The notes below the pieces were generated by a model. It was not told the DNA's origin, did not search any database, and saw only the letters and a program-made list of their open reading frames with translations. From Escherichia coli (lineage in GTDB: Bacteria; Pseudomonadota; Gammaproteobacteria; Enterobacterales; Enterobacteriaceae), in the NCBI RefSeq assembly GCF_024700885.2, contig NZ_CP117016.1: 64,000 bases of DNA; one strand, 5' to 3'. The position numbers were made by a program, and so were the translations under genes. Below, piece after piece: positions 10,372 through 19,475 of the stretch; the first letter of the stretch is position 1, and each line of letters starts with the position of its first letter.

Positions 10372-12479
10372 GTTTACCCGAAGGATTTGTTCTCGATAAT
10401 CAGCCTGATAACTCACAGCTTCCTGATGGTTTTGTGCTTGATTCCCAACCAGAGCAGCAGCAATCACCTTTGGTTTCACCAGAGGAAAATTCCAGACAGG
10501 AAAATGTTGTTAATAATGCTAACGGCTTCGACCGTTTTATGTATGGCGTTCTCAGTGGATTGATGGATGTTGGTAAAGGTGTTGGTCTATTTCAGGATAT
10601 GACACCAGAAGAGCAAGCCGCAATTCAGTCTCTACAGCAGAAGTTAGCGGCAAAACCATCAACCGCACAAGATGTTGGTGAGTTCGTTGGACAAGCAGCA
10701 CCATTTGTTAGTGGTGGTGGGATTATTTCTCAGGTTCCGAAAGGGGCGGCAAGGCTGGCTGCCGCCGCAGGGCTTGGTGCTGGAGAAGGGGCTATTGTAG
10801 CCAATGGAACAAATAGCGATGTTGCTTCTGGAGCTGCTATTGGCGCTGTGGCTGGCCCTGTAGCAGAGATTGTTGGTCCAGCGCTTGGGAAGATTGCAGG
10901 AAAAATTAAAAATAGTGCCGGAGATATTTATCGCTCATCCGTAGGGATGGGTAGTAAATCATCTAAAGCAACGTTAAAGAAAGCTGCTGGCGCAATGGAC
11001 AATAAATTTATCGGCGGGCAACGAGCTATTCAAGATTTCGCCGATGAAGTTAATCCTGATTTTAACGCGATAAATGCTATTCGTGAGCTAGAACTGGAAA
11101 ATTATGCCACTCCAGGCATGATCTCTAATAATCCTGCTGTCAGGGCTCTTGATAATGCAGTGGCAAGTCTCCCTGGAACAGAGATTAGTGAGGCGCATAA
11201 GCGTTTTATTACTGAATTAGGAAGAAAAGCTGATGAAATGATAACTTCATTTGGGGGAAGCCTTGATAAGCAACTGGTTTCTGACAGGCTTGCAGATAAT
11301 TTTGATAAAACCATTTCATCATTACAAAATCAGTCAGATAACATCTACAACAAAATTGCCGAAAAGGTTCCTGTAAGAGACCGGATTGAGGCAACTAATA
11401 CATTGAATTTTTTAGAGGATTTTGCTGATGATATAGGTGGAATTGATGAATTATCTCCAATAATGAAGCGGACATTGAACCGACTTGATCCAAACACCTT
11501 GCCAACGTATGGGCGTTTAGATCTCGCTAGAAAGCAGGTTGGACAAGCTATTGGCAAAGGCTCTGGTCCATTCAAGGATGAAGAAACAGGTGTTCTTAAA
11601 AAGTTATATGCGGCTATAACAGATGACCAACAGGCTGTCGCAGAAAAATATGGCGCAGGGGAGTTATGGACGCTTGGTAAGGAGTTGGTAAAAACACGAA
11701 AATCCATTGAAGATGATGCCGTAACCGTTTTGGGTAGAAAACTTCAGCAATCAGCAATTCCAAAAGTTGAAAGTGCCGTTGTTAATATGGCAAAAGGAAA
11801 CGGTGGTGACTTTAGGCAATTAATGAAGTCAATTCCAAAGGATATGCGGCAGGAAGTTGCGCTCACCTCAATGAATAAAGCATTTACCAGCTATGCTAAA
11901 TCACCAGGTCAGCAATTAGGGGTTGATGGATTTGTAAAATGGTATAACGGAATGTCACGCAATGGGGCCAATATGAAGGCTCTCCGTGATGCTATTGGCA
12001 CAGATGCATCAAAGCGCCTTGATACGATTTATCAAGCAGCCAAAGCTATGAATAGACTCAATACTGGTAAGCAGTATGCTAGCAGCCTTGTGGATCAGCA
12101 AGTTAATAACTTCCTGAAAGAAAAGGGTAGTCTCGCAAAAATTTATGGAATAGCCTCAAAAGCTGCTGCGGCGGAAGGTATTACAAGCTTATCTGGTCTT
12201 CCTGGTGTAGGTGCAACAGGGGTGATAACGTCAGCATTGATGTCAGGGAAAACAAGCAGGATAAAGGCTGCTGATGCTCTACTGTCTTCTCCTGAGTTTA
12301 AATCAATGCTATTTCGCCTGCAAAACGCACCAGTAGACAGAGCAGAAGTGAGACGCGTAATAGAAAGGAAACTGATGCAATCTGGGGCATTTAAGAGATG
12401 GGAGAAAACCTTATCAACAGATGAAGCAAAAACCATTGCCCGCACGGGGATTATTACATGGCTCGCTAGTGACAGTTAG
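10356..12479 (+). CDS. Ejection protein, gp16-like
   Basis: 707 aa; last gene of the rightward structural operon before the antisense moron block. Confidence 0.65.
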   Translation: MATDVGLPEGFVLDNQPDNSQLPDGFVLDSQPEQQQSPLVSPEENSRQENVVNNANGFDRFMYGVLSGLMDVGKGVGLFQDMTPEEQAAIQSLQQKLAAKPSTAQDVGEFVGQAAPFVSGGGIISQVPKGAARLAAAAGLGAGEGAIVANGTNSDVASGAAIGAVAGPVAEIVGPALGKIAGKIKNSAGDIYRSSVGMGSKSSKATLKKAAGAMDNKFIGGQRAIQDFADEVNPDFNAINAIRELELENYATPGMISNNPAVRALDNAVASLPGTEISEAHKRFITELGRKADEMITSFGGSLDKQLVSDRLADNFDKTISSLQNQSDNIYNKIAEKVPVRDRIEATNTLNFLEDFADDIGGIDELSPIMKRTLNRLDPNTLPTYGRLDLARKQVGQAIGKGSGPFKDEETGVLKKLYAAITDDQQAVAEKYGAGELWTLGKELVKTRKSIEDDAVTVLGRKLQQSAIPKVESAVVNMAKGNGGDFRQLMKSIPKDMRQEVALTSMNKAFTSYAKSPGQQLGVDGFVKWYNGMSRNGANMKALRDAIGTDASKRLDTIYQAAKAMNRLNTGKQYASSLVDQQVNNFLKEKGSLAKIYGIASKAAAAEGITSLSGLPGVGATGVITSALMSGKTSRIKAADALLSSPEFKSMLFRLQNAPVDRAEVRRVIERKLMQSGAFKRWEKTLSTDEAKTIARTGIITWLASDS

Positions 12480-12703
12480 TCAACTTTGGTTATTTTGCCT
12501 TCTTTTTCTTGATGAACTTTGCATCCATCATCTTTTGATAGCCAAACTAAAAACTTTAAAACCTTAAACACAAGTACGGCTACTGCAATGAAAGCACCAA
12601 TTGCAATTATTGCTAGCGAAATTATTTGCATTGGTGCTTTTAATGCAGGGAAAATAGTGTAAATGATCGCGAAAACAGTAATTATGAGGAACCATCGCTT
12701 CAC
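12476..12703 (-). CDS. Small two-TM membrane protein (75 aa from GTG with AAGGAGG SD; a 96-aa form from 12766 is possible)
   Basis: Hydrophobic segments FLIITVFAIIYTIF and IISLAIIAIGAFIAVAVLVF; strong SD 5 nt upstream of GTG at 12703. Confidence 0.55.
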   Translation of the reverse strand: MKRWFLIITVFAIIYTIFPALKAPMQIISLAIIAIGAFIAVAVLVFKVLKFLVWLSKDDGCKVHQEKEGKITKVD

Positions 12704-12786
12704 ACCAACCTCCTTAGTTTTGAGCAGGATACCAGATGGTTTGGAGTGAGATAAAGGTTTGTCCACTTTTGGCTATAGCTTTATGT

Positions 12787-12815
12787 ATCCGTGACGGATG
12801 TAATTATCACGGATG
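12787..12815. promoter_or_regulatory. Cluster of three ACGGAT half-sites (13-bp perfect palindrome ATCCGTGACGGAT plus a third copy) upstream of the small TM gene
   Basis: Read directly: ATCCGTGACGGATG-taatta-TCACGGATGCAT; a TATAAT-like element lies nearby on the minus strand. Confidence 0.4.
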
Positions 12816-12830
12816 CATAAAAATTATATT

Positions 12831-13379
12831 TTAGTGTAATCTCTGATCGTCTGAATCGTGTAAGAACTCCATGAGACTTTGAACCGGAATTGGTTCTATT
12901 GATGATAATGTGAACACAGGAATATTGAGACTTTTGCAACGCTCAAACACTCCCTTATCATGAGTCCATACCTCGTCAGCATTAATTGCTCTTGCAATTG
13001 CTATTATTTGTCTGTCAAACTTAATTTTGTTTGCTGTACCTTCTGTGCTAATTTTCCTTAATTCTTTTAATGTTGGTATCGATGCGCATTCAATAGCAGC
13101 CAACTCATCAAATGATACAGTTTCGAAGCACGATAACGATTTGATAACATTCAGTTTTTCTTGTTGGTAATCTTTATGGATTCCAACTAAAAACTCCGCC
13201 AATACAGGAGTTGGAACGATGATTGTCCCGTTCTTGTTATCTATTCGATCAACAAGAGCTTCTGCTCTTCTTTTGGCATCTGGAATCTCAGAACCAAGTA
13301 TAGGGTCAGATAATCTATAATCGTGTTCTATATCTGATAGTAGGTATACCAGAATATTGGTATCTAAAATTACTCGCAA
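12831..13379 (-). CDS. PIN-domain nuclease (182 aa)
   Basis: N-terminal MRVILDTNIL motif; four acidic residues at PIN positions (D6, E62, D122, D141); TTG start with GAGGA SD; overlaps upstream gene. Confidence 0.75.
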   Translation of the reverse strand: MRVILDTNILVYLLSDIEHDYRLSDPILGSEIPDAKRRAEALVDRIDNKNGTIIVPTPVLAEFLVGIHKDYQQEKLNVIKSLSCFETVSFDELAAIECASIPTLKELRKISTEGTANKIKFDRQIIAIARAINADEVWTHDKGVFERCKSLNIPVFTLSSIEPIPVQSLMEFLHDSDDQRLH

Positions 13380-14089
13380 TTTATCTTCCTCAGAGTCCTA
13401 AGGATTGAATCAACATCGCGTTCCTCGGACCACTGATCTCCAGGAACTTGCTTGATAGCATTAATAGCATCCTTGAGTGATGATTTTTTGAGCAATACAA
13501 ATGAAGTTATTTTTAGTTTCTTTAGCTCCCATTTGTTGTTCTTTTTTTCCCAGCACCCATCTCCTTTAACCCTAATATATTTGAATAGATGGGACCCAAG
13601 AGCTGCCGCCAAATCAGGGGTTGCCTCGCACTTGAATGTTTCACCGTTGGCTCCCTCAATACGCACAGGTATTGAGTTGTCTTTTCCGCCAACACTGTAT
13701 AGCCTTCCTTGAACTTCTGACGTTTTTGTTATGAGTAAAGGGATTGGCTCCTTTTTTACTCGCGGGAATGCGATAATGGTTGAGTGGTTTCGTCCGAGTA
13801 GTTTCGCTGAAAAACCATCATGCTCCAGTAAATTAACAATTTTTTGATACGCGGGTGATTTCTCTTTGGCTGAGAGAGAGGCCCTTGCTATGACAGCGTT
13901 ATAACAAATATCATTATCGACCCATGCATTTAAGTCAGCCGATCCTTCACTTACACAGTCGAAGTGAACAGAATCTGCAGAACCGTATAGATCTACGAGA
14001 GCAGACATATACTTGACCAACTTAGCCATTGACAGCTGGCCAGGGGTGGTTCCGTCAAGTTTTAATGTGAGTCCATTGCTTTTTTTCAT
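13370..14089 (-). CDS. Unknown 239-aa protein, translationally coupled partner of the PIN nuclease
   Basis: ATG at 14089; stop TAA (13372-13370) overlaps the PIN start region; no motif recognised by eye. Confidence 0.65.
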   Translation of the reverse strand: MKKSNGLTLKLDGTTPGQLSMAKLVKYMSALVDLYGSADSVHFDCVSEGSADLNAWVDNDICYNAVIARASLSAKEKSPAYQKIVNLLEHDGFSAKLLGRNHSTIIAFPRVKKEPIPLLITKTSEVQGRLYSVGGKDNSIPVRIEGANGETFKCEATPDLAAALGSHLFKYIRVKGDGCWEKKNNKWELKKLKITSFVLLKKSSLKDAINAIKQVPGDQWSEERDVDSILRTLRKINCE

Positions 14090-14138
14090 TTGTCATCACG
14101 CGAGCCAATATCGATATGGTTAACTGTACGTCATAAGC

Positions 14139-14393
14139 CTATAACTTACTTTTGCTATAAATATTTTTCAGCGTTTCAAAGACCATCTTCTTAACAACGT
14201 CAGATTGCTCATCCGCGACTCGCTCAGCTTCGTCTCGATGGCCTACAATTGATGATGGCTTTGAGAGAGCATCCTGAACGATTTGTAATAACTCAGAGTT
14301 CATTGACCTTCCGTTAGCCTCTGCTCTTAATTTCAATTTTTCTCTTACTTCCAAAGGCATACGGAAGTTAAAGTGCGGATCGTCTCTAGCCAT
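14139..14393 (-). CDS. mnt: Mnt repressor (ribbon-helix-helix)
   Basis: 84 aa; N-terminal ~47 aa near-identical to P22 Mnt as recalled (MARDDPHFNFRMP..REKLK.RAEANGRSMNSELLQIVQDALSKPS). Confidence 0.9.
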   Translation of the reverse strand: MARDDPHFNFRMPLEVREKLKLRAEANGRSMNSELLQIVQDALSKPSSIVGHRDEAERVADEQSDVVKKMVFETLKNIYSKSKL

Positions 14394-14415
14394 GCCATCA
14401 CCCCAAGTTAGTGTA

Positions 14416-14468
14416 TTGACATGATAGAAGCACTCTACTATATTCTCAATAGGTCCACCGTGGACCTA
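14416..14468. promoter_or_regulatory. immI control region: Pant -35 TTGACA, Arc operator (14421-14441) and Mnt operator palindrome TAGGTCCACCGTGGACCTA (14450-14468)
   Basis: ATGATAGAAGCACTCTACTAT matches the P22 Oarc sequence as recalled; adjacent 19-bp perfect palindrome matches Omnt. Confidence 0.8.
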
Positions 14469-14483
14469 TATTGTGAGGTAAAT

Positions 14484-14642
14484 ATGAAAGGAATGAGCAA
14501 AATGCCGCAGTTCAATTTGCGGTGGCCTAAAGAAGTATTGGATTTGGTGCGCAAGGTAGCTGAAGAGAACGGGCGATCTGTTAACTCTGAGATTTATAAG
14601 CGAGTGATGGACAGCCTGAAGAGAGAGGGGATAACGGTATGA
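14484..14642 (+). CDS. arc: Arc repressor
   Basis: 52 aa, MKGMSKMPQFNLRWP.EVLDLVRKVAEENGRSVNSEIY matches P22 Arc as recalled; the track ORF starting at 14421 begins inside the operator. Confidence 0.9.
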   Translation: MKGMSKMPQFNLRWPKEVLDLVRKVAEENGRSVNSEIYKRVMDSLKREGITV

Positions 14643-14860
14643 AGTTTATTGAGGTTGATGAGATTGGCTATGAGAATGCACTTGGTAGAGGTAAATCTTT
14701 AGTTAACGTTAATGGCATTGAGTCGATAAGGAGCGGTGAATTTACGGAGATCAGAATGATGTCAGGTGGAATCATTCCTTGCCGTGATTCAGTAGAGTCA
14801 ATCAAAGCAAGAATGAGTGGTCAGTGGCTTTATAACTACAGTGACTTACAAAAACAGTGA
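14639..14860 (+). CDS. Hypothetical 73-aa protein inserted between arc and ant
   Basis: ATGA start overlapping the arc stop; ends 62 nt before ant. Confidence 0.45.
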   Translation: MKFIEVDEIGYENALGRGKSLVNVNGIESIRSGEFTEIRMMSGGIIPCRDSVESIKARMSGQWLYNYSDLQKQ

Positions 14861-14922
14861 AGCCCCAACTGCGGGAACAGTCAGGGCTTCGGGTGTCAGT
14901 AAATCCGTGGAGAAAAACCAAC

Positions 14923-15825
14923 ATGAATAGTATAGCAATTTTAGAAGCAGTGAACACCTCTTACGTGCCTTTCAATGGTCAGCAAATTATCACCGCCATG
15001 GCTGCCGGAGTTGCATATGTTGCGATGAAGCCAATCGTTGAAAACCTTGGAATGAGCTGGTCAACGCAGCAAACAAAACTCATGAAGCAGATTAGCAAAT
15101 TCAACTGTGTTCATATGAACATGGTTGCCGCTGATGGGAAGCTTCGTAAGCTACTCTGCCTTCCTTTGAAGAAGTTAAATGGATGGCTGTTCAGCATCAA
15201 CCCTGAGAAAGTTCGTGCTGACATCCGCGATAAACTGATTCAGTACCAGGAAGAATGCTTTACTGTGCTGCATGACTACTGGACAAAGGGAAAGGCAGAA
15301 AATGCACGTAAGAAAACATCTGTTGATGACAGGACTCCGCTTCGTGATGCTGTAAATATGCTGGTCAGCAAAAAGCATCTAATGTACCCAGAAGCTTATG
15401 CAATGATTCATCAGCGTTTCAATGTGGAAAGTATTGAAGAGCTTGATGCATCTCAGATACCGCAAGCCGTAGAGTACATCCACAGGGTAGTACTTGAAGG
15501 CGAGTTAATCGGCAAACAAGAGAAGAAAGCAAACGAGCTTTCTGCAAAAGAAGCAAACAGCCTTGTATGGTTATGGGATTATGCCAACCGCTCACAGGCA
15601 TTATTCCGCGAACTGTATCTGGCGCTAAAACAAATTCAATCGAACTATTCCGGCAGATGCTACGACTACGGTCATGAATTCTCGTATGTTATCGGAATGG
15701 CGAGAGACGTTTTAATAAACCACACACGAGATGTTGATATTAATGAGCCAGACGGACCAACGAATCTTTCCGCATGGATGAGACTTAAGAATAAAGAATT
15801 ACCTCCTTCAGTACATAACTACTGA
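14923..15825 (+). CDS. ant: Antirepressor Ant
   Basis: 300 aa from [26 protein letters not shown], matching P22 Ant N-terminus and length as recalled. Confidence 0.85.
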   Translation: MNSIAILEAVNTSYVPFNGQQIITAMAAGVAYVAMKPIVENLGMSWSTQQTKLMKQISKFNCVHMNMVAADGKLRKLLCLPLKKLNGWLFSINPEKVRADIRDKLIQYQEECFTVLHDYWTKGKAENARKKTSVDDRTPLRDAVNMLVSKKHLMYPEAYAMIHQRFNVESIEELDASQIPQAVEYIHRVVLEGELIGKQEKKANELSAKEANSLVWLWDYANRSQALFRELYLALKQIQSNYSGRCYDYGHEFSYVIGMARDVLINHTRDVDINEPDGPTNLSAWMRLKNKELPPSVHNY

Positions 15826-15844
15826 CAGATAACCAACGCAACGA

Positions 15845-15867
15845 CCTAGCTTCGGCTGGGTTTTTTT
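15845..15867 (+). terminator. Intrinsic terminator after ant
   Basis: CCTAGC-ttcg-GCTGGG hairpin followed by T7. Confidence 0.7.
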
Positions 15868-16209
15868 ATGCCCAAAATTCACCGTAGCCATGCTGCGGCG
15901 ATTCCTTGTATTTGGAGCAAATTAAATGACAGATATTATAAATAGGAATTGTTATTTAATAATGTTTGAAAATAAAAATCATGGACGATAGGAATAAAGG
16001 TATTACTTGTTTTTATTTTTGTAAGTGACGCATTAAGCGCATAAATAATATGCCTGTTGATCAAGATTCTTGAGTATTGTAAAATAATCGTTTTGTTCAT
16101 GTTGCATGGTTTTTAAATGAATAGAAGGTTATTTTTCAAAACAATTGCATCGTTGTCTGCAGTCATTCCGTTTTCTTCAATATCTAAATCTTCAAACAGG
16201 ATGACTAAT

Positions 16210-18795
16210 ATGCCTGATATAACCCCAAATGTTGTGATAGGTATGCCATCGCAACTCTTCACAATGGCTAGCTCTTTTAAAACCGTAGCAAATGGAAAAA
16301 TTTATATCGGTAAGATTGACACAGATCCGGTAAATCCAGAAAACCAGATTCCAGTATATCTGGAACGAGAAGATGGTACTTATGTTCAGGTGCCACAGCC
16401 AATCGTTATCAATGCTGCTGGATACCCGGTATACAACGGACAGATTTCCAAATTCGTTACCGTGCAAGGCCATTCTATGGCTGTTTACGATGCATATGGT
16501 ACGCAGCAGTTCTATTTTCCGAATGTGCTTAAGTACGATCCTGACCAATTAAGACAACAATTAGAAGACCCGGAAGGTGCTAAAAAATATCATGAATTGC
16601 AGATGTCTCGGTGGCGTGATGACGCTGACCCTCGCGGATGGGGAGCAAAAGGTGATGGCATCACCGATGACACATTATCTTTTCAAGAGTTAGAAAAACA
16701 AATCACAGGAAGGATTGTTGATCTAAGGGGTAATACATATATAACAGATCAAGTTTTTGATGGAAATAAGTATATAAATGGCTATTTTCGCACAGAGAAT
16801 CGATTACTGCCAGATGCTGATTTTACTGAAAAAAGAATACAAACTATAAAAAAGGGGATGTATACAGGTTTCAGACCTTCTACTCCTAATCATGTTAAGT
16901 CAGGGTTGCGACTGGCAACAATTAAAAATACTGTCATACAGGGTGCTGTTCTTGATTATTATGACAGTGTTCTTTATTGCTTGGTAAATGTGAGTGGCAG
17001 CGTTAGTTCTGGTGACGAAGTTAATAAAGTTGTTGCTTATAATTGGTTTGGGAATGAAGAGTTAACTCCTCTTTGGGAGACTAAAGGTAGTAGAGAATTA
17101 GGACATCAATGTCTTGGTTTAACCATAGGGCGCGTTGGTTTTCGTAACACAAGAGGCCAGTTACAGATATGGGGGTTAGCTGGCACAGCTAAAGGAGAGG
17201 ATCGCGCAAAGTATATCACCAGATTCACCCCTACTGATGGTGGTGAAATTGAACCAGAGTTTTTTCTCATATGGGAAGATGGTTACGAGAATCAGGTAAA
17301 TGTTTTATGCACCGACCCTATGAGTCGATGGCTGATTACTACAGCAAAACGTTATGTTGGCCCTGGTGAGAGCCCATCAACACCAGATCAAATTCGCTAT
17401 TATGTAAAAGTATTTGATACCAGCAAATTTATTAACCCGCAGGCGTACAATTACGATTATCGTAATGAAGCAACTTTTGAATTTGAAATTGCCGATTTTG
17501 TGAGGGATATGCAAACAGTTGCGTGTGACGGTACTGCTATTTATTTTTGTCAGGCTGGATCTGCATATTCTTCAACCAGAAAATATTTGCATCAGTACAC
17601 ACTTGATGGTGTTTATCTTGGGGTGCAGCAAATACAGGCAGGTGCAGGAAGAGCCTATGAAATAGCAGATCCAAATGATACCGGAACGCCAGATGTTAGC
17701 AATCTTACATATGAACCAGAAGCAATGTTTTTCCGTATGATTGCAGGTGGGTATGACCTTGTAATGGGGAATACAAATGGCATACCAGATGGTGATAGTG
17801 GGCGAGAAACTACATTTTACACATTAATGCCACAACAGGTAATGCATGTAAAAACAACATCAAGAAATCAGCCTGGTATTATCATTGATTCAACCCATGA
17901 TATTGTCACTAACTCTGGTTTGTTAAGCCTTGGTAAAATTATGCCTGGTGGTGAAGTCATAGAGCAGGCAAACCTTGATGACAAAGGATTCACTGTTTCG
18001 AGGGCAACAACACAAGCCGCCCGTTATGATGCAAAGAATACGTTACGGAATGTAACTTTTCATGTTAGTGAAAAAGGTGATACCGGTATTTATGACTTTA
18101 CCAATGCTCAATGGATATTTAAATCTCCCTTATCAACATCTTCATATTCGTATATCGGTCAGTCAGCGGAGGTTAATGGCTATATAAGTGCTAATAAAGA
18201 TAATACGTCATCATGTGGGACATCATCTAAACGGTGGACGCAAGTATATGCAACTAATGGGGCAATAAATACTTCAGACCAGACATTGAAAACAAAGCCA
18301 CTGACAGTAGAGCAACTTTCAGAAATCATGGAGGTGGATCAGGATGCAATTCTTGACGCATGGGGTGACGTAAATATTATCGTTTACCAGTGGTTGTCCG
18401 ATATTAAGGCTAAAGGTTCGGATACTGCTCGTTGGCATTTCGGAGCAATTGCACAGCAGGTAAGAGATGCGTTTCTTGCAAAGGGGATAGATGGAACAAG
18501 ATTTGGCTTGCTATGTCATGATAAATGGGATGATGAGTACCAACCTGTAATGGCACAGCGCAAGGTGTCATTTATAGCTAAATCCCCTGAAGGGGAAGAC
18601 ATCGTTCGCGAATACTTTGAAGAATACGATACTGGTGACACGGAACTGGTTGTACATGCTGGTGAGCGTTGGGGATTGCGTCCAGATGAATGTTTGTGGT
18701 TGGAGGCTGCATTCCAGCGAAGAAGGTGTGAACGCATTGAGTCTCGTTTAACAGAGCTTGAATTGATAATTAAAAAAGCAAAAGAGATAGAGTAG
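16210..18795 (+). CDS. Tailspike: P22-type head-binding N-terminus, beta-helix depolymerase-like core, C-terminal self-cleaving chaperone-like domain
   Basis: N-terminus [31 protein letters not shown] parallels P22 gp9 as recalled; [11 protein letters not shown] motif at 16639-16671; NTS/DQTLK motif at 18277. Confidence 0.8.
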   Translation: MPDITPNVVIGMPSQLFTMASSFKTVANGKIYIGKIDTDPVNPENQIPVYLEREDGTYVQVPQPIVINAAGYPVYNGQISKFVTVQGHSMAVYDAYGTQQFYFPNVLKYDPDQLRQQLEDPEGAKKYHELQMSRWRDDADPRGWGAKGDGITDDTLSFQELEKQITGRIVDLRGNTYITDQVFDGNKYINGYFRTENRLLPDADFTEKRIQTIKKGMYTGFRPSTPNHVKSGLRLATIKNTVIQGAVLDYYDSVLYCLVNVSGSVSSGDEVNKVVAYNWFGNEELTPLWETKGSRELGHQCLGLTIGRVGFRNTRGQLQIWGLAGTAKGEDRAKYITRFTPTDGGEIEPEFFLIWEDGYENQVNVLCTDPMSRWLITTAKRYVGPGESPSTPDQIRYYVKVFDTSKFINPQAYNYDYRNEATFEFEIADFVRDMQTVACDGTAIYFCQAGSAYSSTRKYLHQYTLDGVYLGVQQIQAGAGRAYEIADPNDTGTPDVSNLTYEPEAMFFRMIAGGYDLVMGNTNGIPDGDSGRETTFYTLMPQQVMHVKTTSRNQPGIIIDSTHDIVTNSGLLSLGKIMPGGEVIEQANLDDKGFTVSRATTQAARYDAKNTLRNVTFHVSEKGDTGIYDFTNAQWIFKSPLSTSSYSYIGQSAEVNGYISANKDNTSSCGTSSKRWTQVYATNGAINTSDQTLKTKPLTVEQLSEIMEVDQDAILDAWGDVNIIVYQWLSDIKAKGSDTARWHFGAIAQQVRDAFLAKGIDGTRFGLLCHDKWDDEYQPVMAQRKVSFIAKSPEGEDIVREYFEEYDTGDTELVVHAGERWGLRPDECLWLEAAFQRRRCERIESRLTELELIIKKAKEIE

Positions 18796-19083
18796 ATGGA
18801 TAAAACCCCAATTCATCACGCACTTTGCGCTGTGGTCGCACAGGTACTGGTTGGTCTTTTTACCGGAAACTGGGCTTACGGTGCGATAGCCGGTTGTACG
18901 TTCTTCATTGCTCGTGAACACACCCAGGCAGAATATCGCTGGATTGAAATGTTCGGGCATGGCAAGCGGATTAACATGCCGTGGTGGGGCGGTTTTGATC
19001 CGCGTGCATGGGATGTGGCAAGCCTGATGGATTTTTCTTTCCCAATTATCGGATGCTTATTGGTATGGATTCTTGCATCGTAG
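18796..19083 (+). CDS. Hypothetical 95-aa membrane protein between tailspike and attR
   Basis: ATG directly after the tailspike TAG; two hydrophobic segments. Confidence 0.45.
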   Translation: MDKTPIHHALCAVVAQVLVGLFTGNWAYGAIAGCTFFIAREHTQAEYRWIEMFGHGKRINMPWWGGFDPRAWDVASLMDFSFPIIGCLLVWILAS

Positions 19084-19228
19084 TTAACACAGAGTTACCT
19101 ATGAGACAAAACTAAGGTACACAAAGCTTTGCACTGGATTGCAAGGCTTTGTTCTTCTCTGGAGTGTGACATGTTTTTATGACAAAAAATTAGCGCAAGA
19201 AGACAAAAAATCACCTTGCGCTAATGCT

Positions 19229-19385
19229 CTGTTACAGGTCACTAATACTATCTAAGTGGTTGATTCATAGTGACTGGATATGTTGTGTTTTGTAGCATTA
19301 TGTAGTCTATTTTTTAGACCAAAGATATTGTAACACATTGATATTAATGGATTTTAATGTTTCACGTTCAGCTTTTTTATACTAA
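19229..19385. other. attR: lambda-like attP P-arm (Int arm-type sites around TCACTAAT and CATAGTGACT) ending in the 15-bp core GCTTTTTTATACTAA, then the bacterial B' arm CTTGAGCGAAACGGGAAGG
   Basis: Sequence closely matches the lambda attP left arm and attB right arm as recalled. Confidence 0.85.
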
Positions 19386-19475
19386 CTTGAGCGAAACGGG
19401 AAGGTAAAAAGACAAAAAGTTGTTTTTAATACCTTTAAGTGATACCAGATGGCATAGCGCCATCTGGCAGAGTGA

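Larger units (their letters stand above)
1..19385. mobile_element. Right arm of a lambdoid prophage (P22-like structural module) integrated at the lambda attachment site; left end lies outside the window
   Basis: Contiguous phage morphogenesis genes in P22 order, immI region, tailspike, then lambda-type attR core at 19371-19385 next to ybhB/bioA. Confidence 0.9.

Noticed and set aside
14421..14483. Track ORF starting at 14421 as a longer Arc
   Set aside because: The ATG at 14421 is the first triplet of the Arc operator; the Arc protein begins at 14484 (MKGMSKMPQF).
16117..16209. In-frame N-terminal extension of the tailspike ORF ([24 protein letters not shown]...) that resembles a twin-arginine signal peptide
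   Set aside because: The homologous P22-type tailspike N-terminus begins at the ATG at 16210, which has a better-spaced SD; the extension lies in AT-rich filler and a signal peptide makes no sense for a virion tailspike.
19445..19467. Perfect 9-bp inverted repeat CCAGATGGC-atagc-GCCATCTGG between attR and ybhB as a possible mobile-element end
   Set aside because: It lies in the bacterial arm just downstream of the ybhB stop and is more simply a transcript-end hairpin for bioA-ybhB.
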